DNA of 64,000 nt from NCBI GenBank assembly GCA_032718475.1, contig JAUCBJ010001793.1:1-64000 (forward strand). The letters are read 5' to 3'. This document shows, in pieces, positions 54,281 through 64,000 of this stretch. The stretch comes from Nemertoderma westbladi. Taxonomy: Eukaryota; Animalia; Xenacoelomorpha. The position numbers were made by a program, and so were the translations under genes. How positions within the stretch are numbered: position 1 is the stretch's first letter; every line of letters starts with the position of its first letter. The notes beneath the pieces are model-generated. The model searched no databases. It was not told where the DNA came from and worked only from the letters and a program-made list of their open reading frames with translations.

Positions 54281-56159
54281 TGTGCTTTCATATATTAATT
54301 AATCATGAGAGGTAGAAACTATGTATTAATTAGCTTTACTTATATTTTGAGCTATTATTATTGGTAATTGGTTATTATCATTCTATATGTATAACTTATT
54401 GTCTTGTCTTGCTGCTATTCAATAATTGAATGGTTTTTTTAAGAGTTTTTTTTTACTCAAATAATAATGCTTTTGTTATTATTCTTAGCAAATTATTTCA
54501 CTAAAATCTCTAGGCTAGGCCTGTGTATTATTTATTTAACTTATATATATTTGTGTTGAATTTAGTGTAAAGCTGCATTTACACTACAGAGCTAAAAAAT
54601 AATAGAAATTTAAACAATGAATAGACTTTTTAGAATAGACAAGGTTTATGTAATGTTTCCAAAATATTTACAAACCAGAATAATGTATGAGGTATTATTG
54701 ATTCTCTTACTAAATAGTCAATGTGAAATAAAGGCCAGGCGAGAAACTTGCGGTAAAGTTTAAATAAAGAAAACCCTAAGATCAAAGTATATAATGATAC
54801 TGTTTGCCAATATAGCACATTATTGAGAATCAAACATAAATAATTAAATCTAGTGACATTAATACCCCATTTTTGATTATCTGGGTAATATAACTACAGT
54901 AGGCCTAGGACTATTTAGTACCTTGCTTATAAACATTACTGCTCTATAAACACCTCGTACAATAACTTTTGTGAGTCAATTATTATAAATTGAATGGAAT
55001 AATTCCTTTGTCTGAATCTAAATGCCGTATAGGTAATTGTTTATCATACTTTGCCAAGTGAGCCAAAACCTCTACCGGTTGATATTCTTATGGGATTATA
55101 TTGGAATTGGAATTACTATATTTATCAATCATAGTTGTAATGCGTACCTGAATCAGCAAATTGTTTCAGTATGTTTTAAACATCAACTTTAAGTGCACCA
55201 TGACTCATATCGTGCCCATTTTTCTGGTGACACCATAGAAAACCGGACTCCAATAAACACAATCCTGGATATATTTCTACAATTCTTTATAATAATAGTT
55301 GATATTTGAATCACAACAAGTTGGAGTTCAATACACCTTGGATGCCCAGCCGGAACCAGTTTTTTTAAGCGTTTAAAAAAGGTTCTTTTGGTGAATTGCG
55401 CCCTTTGTATCGTGGCTGTTCTTCACATCAGCCGCGATTTTTGCAAGGATTCCATGTAACAATAACAATGTATAAGTTTCGTTGAGAAACAGCTGAGATA
55501 TGGGCGACGTTCTAAAGATACATGTTTCTGAATCCGCGCGAGGCTTTTTACTTATAAAACATTCTGGAACACTATAAATATTATTAAGTAGTTATTATTA
55601 TTATTATTATGGTTACCTCAAAAGTTCTGCCTCACCAGTTCATGCTGGTAACCAACATCCGATTGTACCTGGTCAAGAAATAAACAAAACATGAAATTTT
55701 GTTGAAAAAAATTTCAAAATGTCAGTAAGTGAAGGGTTTCTGTTAGTGCCCCTGGTGACGAAAATATTAATAAAGTGATTTCTGAGTTTGTAATGGAAAT
55801 AGAGGCCTACCCTATGTTAAAGTGAAACTATAATTACCATAGTTTTATAAGAATCTATAAACTATATGTTCTGGAATGTTTGGCAATTACAATAACTCAA
55901 AAAACATGCAACTTTCATCTCCGATATTTCTTAACGAAAATAAGATATTTTAATAAATTTAGAATCCTTTTAAGGATACAAAGGACGCCATTTAAAAAAG
56001 ACTAATTTTTATAACAAATTTGTAGTAAACATGAGGGGGGGGGGGGGGGGGGGTCCCGTGCGATCAGATACTTTCATTATATTTTGGGTCATTGGGTAGT
56101 TATGTGTGTGCGATTTATCCGCTGATATAACTTAACAAAATAATTATTTATTCTGATAG

Positions 56160-56263
56160 AATGCCCAGGGACTAACGCTGATACGGCCACGACAGGTACC
56201 GTCTGCAACGGACATGGAAAATGTTACGACGGAAATAAAGGAAACGGATCCTGCGAATGCTAC
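56160..56263 (+). CDS. Stabilin-like gene, second coding exon (ECPGTNADTATTGTVCNGHGKCYDGNKGNGSCECY; EGF-like)
   Basis: tag| acceptor, |gtaaat donor. CCPG.W.P.C.ECPG....C.G.G.C..G..GNG.C.C is the stabilin N-terminal signature. Confidence 0.85.
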
Positions 56264-56574
56264 GTAAATATTTACTTTATATTCACTTTATATACCTATC
56301 CGCAGCAATTTAAGCGGACGCTTGTTCTAGTAGTTGCGGTGTCACCGCGGGAGACAGTGGGGTGTTACTTGGCGCAAATCCCTTCTCCGCGAATATTGCC
56401 TCAATGTTAAATTAGAAATTTAGAGAAAGGTTGCAGTTGCTAGTTATTCTAACCAAAATGATAAACTAAAGTCAATATAACATGATTTACTCTAGGAGAG
56501 GGATGAATTTTGATTGCGTCGAAAGATCCCAAGATGGCAGCTGTCTTTGAAATTAATACTCCATATCTCAAGAA

Positions 56575-56634
56575 CCTGTGGCCTAGTGGTTGTAGTCTCG
56601 GCTTCCGCCTCGAGGTCCCAGGTTCGAATCCGAC
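56575..56634 (+). promoter_or_regulatory. tRNA-derived Pol III head (A box and B box)
   Basis: A box TGGCCTAGTGG at 56579-56589; B box GGTTCGAATCC at 56621-56631; anticodon-like hairpin ctcgg..tcgag between them. Confidence 0.8.
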
Positions 56635-56677
56635 ACCACGCTGATGAGACCCAGTAAGGTCGAAACGCGTACGTGGT
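56635..56677 (+). ncRNA. Minimal type-I hammerhead ribozyme
   Basis: Stem I ACCACG/CGTGGT; core CTGATGA; stem II GACC-cagtaa-GGTC; GAAA; palindromic stem III ACGCGT; GUA cleavage triplet ending at 56671. Confidence 0.9.
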
Positions 56678-56904
56678 TTGGAGAGATATGAGATATTAAT
56701 TTCAAGAAAAATTACGCGATTCCTAAATTTGTACACTACCCGGTTAAAAAGTACGCATGTGATGGGATTAGTCCTACAATTGCGCCAATAAAAGATAAGT
56801 TATTTTCGGTAAAATAAACTTATCATTCGAGGTTAAGACCCCTAGATCCGTTCTTATATAATAAAATGGAATTAGTTGCCTTTTCAGGCACAGTGCTTTA
56901 AATG

Positions 56905-57072
56905 AGAAAGAGTGTGGAAGAGTTTAAGTGGGAAAGAGAGTTGAAGGGTTCACTGTAGGAAAGAGTGTGGAAGAGTTTAAGTGGGAAAGAGTGTGGAAGA
57001 GTTTAAGTGGGAAAGAGTGTGGAAGAGTTTAAGTGGGAAAGAGTGTGGAAGAGTTTAAGTGGGAAAGAGTGT
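56905..57072. repeat. Short array of the 26-27-bp GGGAAAGAGTGTGGAAG satellite
   Basis: Same unit as 62306-64000. Confidence 0.92.
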
Positions 57073-58354
57073 GTTGGCAAATATACCAAAGGGCTAACTT
57101 TGCAAGCTCTTTTTCCGCTATTGTGCTAACTTTTCCAAAGTGCTAACTCAAAGTGCTAACTCGTGGTCCTTGCAATCTGAAACTTTGTCAAAACGTTTTT
57201 TAGACCATTTCCCACAAGTTAGCATTTTACCACTTTTGCAGTCCAGTGTGTCATGTGTATGAAAAACTTGGCCCCCCTTAGCGGCATTATGGGAATTGGT
57301 ACTTTTCAAACACACTTAAACACTCAAGAGTATGGAATGGCCATAATGCTAACTTACAAACACACTTCTTACACTTACATTCCATTTGTACCAACTACCA
57401 AGTGTTAAATTATTATAAGACCGCAAATACCCTAATACGCCAACTCGCTGAATATTGATTGCGAATACCCCTCCGTTTCGCGAATAGCCAATTGTACACG
57501 TATAACCTAATAAAAGCGTTTTGCACAAACTGCGGGAGCGCTAAAGTCTTAACTTATTACTTTTAGATAGTCTTTGAAAGTACTCTATACAAAGTCCTAA
57601 CCCGATAACTGTGTATTGTCATGGAAACGTAATGGTTTCTTACCTGGACATCCATACAATGTATTTCAATTTATTGCACAGGCGACATATTATTATGTAG
57701 TGAGTGATTGCCGTGAAATGGAAAACCTAGATATATTGACAATCGTTATTTCAAAATTCATCCGGTCTAATTGTTGATATACCCCAAATTGAGGTTCTAA
57801 TAGTGAAACAATTTTATGGTTAAAGGGAAAACTCTATTTGTTTTTATGTAGAGTAATGCGTAATTTTATTCCACAAAGTTGCCTTTTCTTTTATAGCAGG
57901 TAAATTGCTATTGGTATTGCTATTGCTATTGCTATTGGTAAATAGCTATTTTTCTGAAATTTATATTGCTAATTTAATTATTTGGCATATTCTGTTTGTG
58001 GCGCAGACTATAATAATAATAACATTGTTGACATACAGTCTTTGAACCTTTCAGTCTTTCTCAGCAGTACTTTGTGGCTCGTCCCACATAATAAAAACTG
58101 AAACTTTGCTATGACAACACACCCGGTTCTTTTAAATTTGCGTGATTTGATTTATGCTCGCACCACTATTTGTAAGAAATATTAAAACTTATCTTACAGT
58201 ATGCCAATGTAGTAATGGTATTAAAATATAATTAAATTAATTTACATTATTAATGCTTCAGCTAAAAAATCGTTTCAGCTAAAAAATCGTATGTAATAAA
58301 AAAAATAAGAATATTTTTAATATGTGTATATGTAATATACAGTAGGTATTACTG

Positions 58355-58995
58355 CTAAGTTAGGCAGTAGGCCAGAGCGGGCTCCTTAAATACATGCAAC
58401 TACTGTATTATAGTGTAGGTCAACTATAAAACATTTAGCAATCCACAGTGAGTATCGACTGCAATAGGACACAACACACTGCTTTGTGTAACTAAAATTC
58501 ATTCTCCTGATCCACCCCCTAACATAGCAGAGTGAGTAACCTTATTGTAGATATACCCTTAGGAAGCACTGGGAGAGCAATCAGCTTATGGGGTAATACA
58601 TTAGAAACCAACAGCTTATGTGTGAGTAAACATTGACTTTCCTTATAGCCTACTAGTAAAACTTGGCAACCAATACGTTTTACTATGACTGTGTATAACA
58701 TATTAAGCCATATTTCATCATGAACACCAGCTGTTATTTTACCATTGCTTTTAATTTCGCGACAAAACAATGTCAAAAAACTAAATATATCGAATACCAC
58801 ACATAGAATCGATCTGAAATTTTGTAACGCGATTATGAACCTCAAAAGCAATGTACTTGCAAAATTTCATCAAAATCGCCAGGCAGGAAGTGCCTTAACC
58901 TAGATAATTATCAGTCAGTCAGTGTCAGTCAATGTAATGTATCCTGAAGATTCTTACAGTAAGTATCCCGCTGTCAAGCGGGCTCCTAATAATTA
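58355..58995 (-). mobile_element. Solo diverged HINE related to the 1-19.9 kb array, with a third end type
   Basis: Shares 'gagcaatcagcttatg', 'cttggcaacc', 'acaccagctgt..ttttaccattgc', 'tttcatcaaaatcg', (CAGT)n and 'ttcttacagtaa' with the array, but ends in cccgct-gtca-agcgggctcctaa. Confidence 0.7.
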
Positions 58996-59753
58996 GTGCA
59001 TTATAGGCGTACCTTTTACGAGGTCGGTATTGCAATTTTGGATTAAATTCGTCAAAGTTAATAGTATATGAGGCAGGTTTTCAGTAACACTCACTTTATT
59101 TTACACTTCTGAAATATTAGTAAGATAAAGTTATATTAAAATTATCTTATAATTGATTACTGGATGGTTTGCTGAAATAAAAATTAGATATAATCAAAAC
59201 ATTTTCCGTTCTGATGGAACTTTTTTTTAGATGTTCAACAAATTTATTTAACCATTTAAACTTCGGGATCCCGTTTCAAAAAAGTCGGAATCGGGATTCG
59301 ATATTTCGCTGGAATCCCTGTTTTTCGGTTTTTTTTTAAACATTAGTGCATTGATGAAGCCAGAAGTCTTCCGATTGTTTAAATATAAAATCTGATTTAA
59401 ATAAAAAAATCTGATTTAAATAAGAAAATTGATTTAAATGGGTGACTACAAAACAAAGACCAAAGACCTAAATAATAAAGACCTGCATAATCTTTGAAAC
59501 ATGTGTTAACTTTCGTTTACTGTTTTGGTTCTCCCAACAAGCCTCTGTAACATGCTCCTTTACTAACCTGTTCCTTTAAATGGCAATGTAACCTAACGCT
59601 CTTTGGCACCTGTACAAAACAAAGAGGTAAAGTCGCGTTACGTCCTAAAGGGGATTAGGTCCCATTGCCATACAGCGTTAGGTCCCATTGGTGTAATATT
59701 ATGGGTTTGTTCAGAAGTGGAAAAAATGGGAGCGCGTCACCGGGGGTTGAACC

Positions 59754-59799
59754 AGCGCTATACGCACGTTTCGGCCTAACAGGCCTCATCAGTAGCGCT
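59754..59799 (-). ncRNA. Minimal type-I hammerhead ribozyme (copy 1)
   Basis: Reverse complement reads AGCGCTA-CTGATGA-GGCCT-gtt-AGGCC-GAAA-CGTGCG-TA-TAGCGCT. Confidence 0.9.
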
Positions 59800-60096
59800 A
59801 ACCAGCTCAGCCACTAGCCCCTGACACTCGCAGTCCCACCTAATCCACTTCTATTGAACGGGCAGTCTTAAGTTGCAAATATTCTATCTCTAACAGCGGA
59901 CCTAACGGCCTCAAGTATGCTAGAGTGAAACAGGAGGGAAGTACAAATAAATAAATATTCAGCTCGGTATTGCTGCCAGGTGATATTAATTAAATAAATT
60001 GGAGAAGAGCTGTTGCAACTGTAATTAAAGGTGTAATATTATTATGGGTTTGTTCAGAAGTGGAAAAAATGGGAGCGCGTCACCGGGGGTTGAATC

Positions 60097-60142
60097 AGCG
60101 CTATACGCACGTTTCGGCCTAACAGGCCTCATCAGTAGCGCT
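60097..60142 (-). ncRNA. Minimal type-I hammerhead ribozyme (copy 2)
   Basis: Identical core, 343 bp from copy 1. Confidence 0.9.
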
Positions 60143-60241
60143 AACCAGCTCAACCACTAGCCCCTGACACTCACATTCCCACCTAATCCACTTCTAATCC
60201 TAATCCACTGCGAGTGTCAGGGGCTAGTGGCTGAGCTGGTT

Positions 60242-60287
60242 AGCGCTACTGATGAGGCCTGTTAGGCCGAAACGTGCGTATAGCGCT
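60242..60287 (+). ncRNA. Minimal type-I hammerhead ribozyme (copy 3, inverted)
   Basis: Stem I AGCGCTA/TAGCGCT, CTGATGA at 60249-60255, stem II GGCCT/AGGCC, GAAA at 60269-60272, GUA cleavage triplet ending at 60280. Confidence 0.92.
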
Positions 60288-60314
60288 GGTTCAACCCCCG
60301 GTGACGCGCTCCCA

Positions 60315-60320
60315 TTTTTT
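60315..60320 (+). terminator. Putative Pol III terminator (T6) after the tRNA-like/hammerhead unit
   Basis: TTTTTT immediately after the acceptor-like GCTCC-CA. Confidence 0.5.
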
Positions 60321-60635
60321 CCACTTCTGAACAAACCCATAATATTACACCTTTAATTACAGTTGCAACAGCTCATCTCCAATTTATTTAGGTCCCATTG
60401 CCATTTACAGGAGCAGGTTAGTAAAGGAGCAGGTTACAGAGGCGTGTTTGGGGAACCAAAACAATAAACGAAAGTTAACACATGTGTTTCATACAGGTCT
60501 TTGTTTTTTGGGTCTTTGCTTTTTAGTCACCCGATTTAAATGAAAAAAAATCTGATTTAAATCAAATAAATCTGATTTAAACAAAAAAATCTGATTTTTT
60601 TATTTAAAAAAAAATCATGATTTTTATCAACCCTG

Positions 60636-61757
60636 CACCCATGACATTTGCTAGATCATCCGCATCTTCAAGGCCAGTGTCCTTTAAGATGCGTCTCAAG
60701 AAAGTCATGGGCTGTCCACCATGCTTATTCAGTCCATGAGGCTGCCAAAGTATAAGTTTATGCACTGGCTGGTCCTCACGGTGAAAGCAATGTCCTGCAA
60801 AGCGGAGGCGATTTTGTTCTAGTGTCAAGCTTGGGGGAACCAATGAGACACCTCCAATGTTATATAGTGTCTGGTTGGAGATGTGTGCATTGTACTTGAC
60901 ACAATGTACCCGGCGTAGCATTCTTGTGAATGTGCCATCCAGAGATTTGGTGTCCTCAGCAGTTAGAGCCCAGCATGGACTCCCATAGAGGAGTACTGGA
61001 ACTACTGCTGCTCTAAATAATCGGACCTTAAGTTTCCGATTAATTCTCGGTGACTTCCAAATCCTGCAAAGCATATTCAAGGCTGCCCAATGCTTTCCCT
61101 TACGTATTCGAAGGTCCTCATCTGACTTCCGGATCCATGATCCCAGGTAACAGAAGTCGTCCACATGCTCAAGCATACCATCCTTTGAGCTTATGCTCAT
61201 CCGATCAGAGACTTGCTGAGGACTTTCAAAGTTAACTGTCAAAATTTTGGTCTTTCTGGAGTTAATAAAAAGACCAACACTAGAAGCAGCATGTTCTAAT
61301 GAGCTGAGGAGCCGTTGGGCTCCCTCTAGTGATTCTGAGAGTACTCCTAAGTCATCAGCAAAGTCTAGATCAGTTAGGTACTTGGCAGGATTTCCTCGAC
61401 TTCTGGAGCCAGTAGGTGGAGTTATCATCACCCCATCATCATTATGATGATCTAAGGACATGCGTAGAACATAGTCAACCACAATTATGAACAAGAATGG
61501 TGCAAGTGTGTCTCCCTGGAGGACGTCCCATAACACTTCAAATGGTTCTCTGTCACCGTCAACAGTAGAGACAAATGTTGTCGAACCATCGTATACTGAT
61601 CTGATTGCTGCAATAATTTCATCAGGAATCCCATATAATGAAAGTATGCTGAACATACGTGAGAGAGAGACTGAATCAAAGGCCTTGAAGAAGTCAACAA
61701 AGATAACAGCCAGATGCCTATCTTTCTTTTTTGATAACTCTTCAATTATCCTTCGGG
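60636..61757 (-). mobile_element. RTE-like LINE fragment, truncated at both ends
   Basis: FVDFFKAFD, VLQGDTLAP, FADD, FCYLGSW and RLRFAGHC motifs; near-identical to 40650-41310. Confidence 0.9.
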
Positions 61758-61889
61758 TATCCTATGGGCTCCATGGTCCCACGAATGCCGAATTGGCCGA
61801 ATGCCAAAATAAGGATCACGAGACGAATTACAGAAATGCTGAAATGTTTGATCCTGTTTAAACACTTAGTTAGTAGGCCTACAACATGA

Positions 61890-62150
61890 ATAAACCATGC
61901 AGTTAGGTGTATAATAATTATGTTCGGGTTTGCAGTTAGATCAACATTAAATAGACCATGCAGTTAGGTGTATAATAATACTGTTCGGGTTTGCAGTTAG
62001 CACAACATTAATTAGACCTTGCAGTTAGGTGTATAGTAATACTGTTCAGGTTTGCAGTTAGCACAACATTAATTAGACCTTGCAGTTAGGTGTATAGTAA
62101 TACTGTTCAGGTTTGCAGTTAGCACAACATTAATAGACAATGCAGTTAGG
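61890..62150. repeat. About 60-bp tandem repeat (GCAGTTAGGTGTATA...GTTTGCAGTTAGCACAACATTAA), 4-5 copies
   Basis: Directly visible periodicity. Confidence 0.85.
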
Positions 62151-62305
62151 GCTATGGTATATGTGTAGTCTTTACCACCCTTGTACTCTAGCGACCTTCC
62201 AGAGAATTTGTTAGTTAGGTGTATAGTTGATTTGCATGCGTCTGGAACAGTTAGCACTTTGGACGATAAAGAGCACGTTAGCGTTTCGAGTGGTTTGCCG
62301 GTATA

Positions 62306-64000
62306 CGTGTGGAAGAGTTTAAGTGGGAAAGAGTGTGGAAGGGTTTACTTTGGGAAAGAGTGTGGAAGGGTTTACTTTGGGAAAGAGTGTGGAAGCGGAA
62401 GGGTTTACTTTGGGAAAGAGTGTGGAAGGGTTTACTTTGGGAAAGAGTGTGAAAGGATTTACTGTGGGAAAGAGTGTGGAAGGGTTTACTGTAGGAAAGA
62501 GTGTGGAAGAGTTTAAGTGGGAAAGAGTGTGGAAGGGTTTACTGCGGGAAAGAGTGTGGAAGGGTTTAAATGGGAAAGAATGTGGAAGGGTTTACTGTGG
62601 GAAAGAGTGTGGAAGGGTTTACTTTGGGAAAGAGCGTGGAAGGGTTTACTGTGGGAAAGAGTGTGAAAGGATTTACTTTGGGAAAGAGTGTGGAAGGGTT
62701 TACTTTGGGAAAGAGTGTGGAAGCGGAAGGGTTTACTTTGGGAAAGAGTGTGGAAGGGTTTACTTTGGGAAAGAGTGTGAAAGGATTTACTGTGGGAAAG
62801 AGGGTGGAAGGGTTTACTGTAGGAAAGAGTGTGGAAGAGTTTAAGTGGGAAAGAGTGTGGAAGGGTTTACTGTGGGAAAGAGTGTGGAAGGGTTTACTGT
62901 GGGAAAGAGTGTGGAAGGGTTTACTTTGGGAAAGAGTGTGAAAGGGTTTACTGTGGGAAAGAGCGTGGAAGGGTTTACTCTAGAAAATAGTGTGGAAGAG
63001 TTTAAGTGGGAAAGAGTGTGGAAGGGTTTACTTTGGGAAAGAGTGTGGAAGGGTTTACTTTGGGAAAGAATGTGGAAGGGTTTAATTTGGGAAAGAGTGT
63101 GGAAGCGGAAGGGTTTACTGTGGGAAAGAGTGTGGAAGGGTTTACTCTAGGAAAGAGTGTGGAAGAGTTTAAGTGGGAAAGAGTGTGGAAGGGTTTACTG
63201 TGGGAAAGAGTGTGGAAGGGTTTACTGTGGGAAAGAGTGTGGAAGGGTTTACTTTGGGAAAGAGTGTGAAAGGATTTACTGTGGGAAAGAGTGTGGAAGG
63301 GTTTACTGTAGGAAAGAGTGTGGAAGAGTTTAAGTGGGAAAGAGTGTGGAAGGGTTTACTGTGGGAAAGAGTGTGGAAGGGTTTAAATGGGAAAGAATGT
63401 GGAAGGGTTTACTGTGGGAAAGAGTGTGGAAGGGTTTACTTTGGGAAAGAGCGTGGAAGGGTTTACTGTGGGAAAGAGTGTGAAAGGATTTACTTTGGGA
63501 AAGAGTGTGGAAGGGTTTAATTTGGGAAAGAGTGTGGAAGCGGAAGGGTTTACTTTGGGAAAGAGTGTGGAAGGGTTTACTTTGGGAAAGAGTGTGAAAG
63601 GATTTACTGTGGGAAAGAGTGTGGAAGGGTTTACTGTAGGAAAGAGTGTGGAAGAGTTTAAGTGGGAAAGAGTGTGGAAGGGTTTACTGTGGGAACGAGT
63701 GTGGAAGGGTTTACTGTGGGAAAGAGTGTGGAAGGGTTTATTTTGAGAAAGAGTGTGGAAGGGTTTACTCTAGGAAAGAGTGTGGAAGAGTTTAAGTGGG
63801 AAAGAGTGTGGAAGGGTTTACTGTGGGAAAGAGTGTGGAAGGGTTTATTTTGAGAAAGAGTGTGGAAGGGTTTACTCTAGGAAAGAGTGTGGAAGAGTTT
63901 AAGTGGGAAAGAGTGTGGAAGGGTTTACTGTGGGAAAGAGTGTGGAAGGGTTTATTTTGAGAAAGAGTGTGGAAGGGTTTACTCTAGGAAAGAGTGTGGA
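62306..64000. repeat. 26-27-bp purine-rich satellite (GGGAAAGAGTGTGGAAGGGTTTACTGT)n running off the window
   Basis: Tandem units with recurring variant order; source of the spurious GKSVEGFT/GKECGRV ORFs. Confidence 0.97.

Larger units (their letters stand above)
59691..60390 (-). mobile_element. Non-coding retrozyme/Penelope-pLTR-like insertion: about 1.5 tandem 343-bp monomers plus an inverted copy
   Basis: Direct repeat (TTA)GGTCCCATTG at 59678-59690 and 60388-60400; repeat copies start at about 59691 (+) and 60032 (+), with an inverted copy at 60206-60390; three hammerheads; no ORF. Confidence 0.8.
59440..60532. mobile_element. TIR element (MULE-like MITE) hosting the ribozyme element
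   Basis: gggtgacta...tagtcaccc termini with about 150-bp inverted arms; GATTTAAAT on both sides (59431-59439 and 60533-60541), a possible 9-bp TSD. Confidence 0.7.

Noticed and set aside
56575-56640. Functional tRNA gene
   Set aside because: No proper acceptor stem and an 8-nt anticodon loop; it runs directly into a hammerhead, so it is SINE-like.
62323-63853. Satellite ORFs (EGFTVGKSV / GKECG) as further stabilin EGF exons
   Set aside because: Mixed 26/27-bp units shift frame and introduce stops; no EGF cysteine spacing or credible splice sites.

Overview
AT-rich, repeat-dense, intron-containing animal (invertebrate-like) genomic DNA; nothing prokaryotic. (1) 1-19.9 kb is a head-to-tail array of about 15 non-autonomous Helentron/HINE (DINE-1-like) units of two end-types (A and B). 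Their subterminal inverted repeats are matched within every complete unit even though the interiors are mosaic. (2) Host genes: an intronless clan-2 cytochrome P450 (20044-21546, -), two 5' exons of an IRAK1BP1/SIMPL-like gene (38.2-38.9 kb, -), the first two exons of a stabilin-like gene (48119-48467 and 56160-56263, +), and a complete 3-exon calmodulin-like gene nested antisense in the stabilin-like intron (51613-54280, -). (3) Many LINE fragments (one young RTE with a 12-bp TSD, one LINE nested in another), MITEs and mini/microsatellites. (4) Most unusual: four minimal type-I hammerhead ribozyme motifs tied to tRNA-like Pol III promoters. One lies just downstream of a tRNA-derived head (56.6 kb). 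Three lie in a TSD-flanked, non-coding, tandem-plus-inverted element (59.7-60.4 kb), where the hammerhead sits between the A box and B box, in place of the anticodon arm of a tRNA-like fold that ends in a T6 terminator. All calls were made by eye; no database searches were run.
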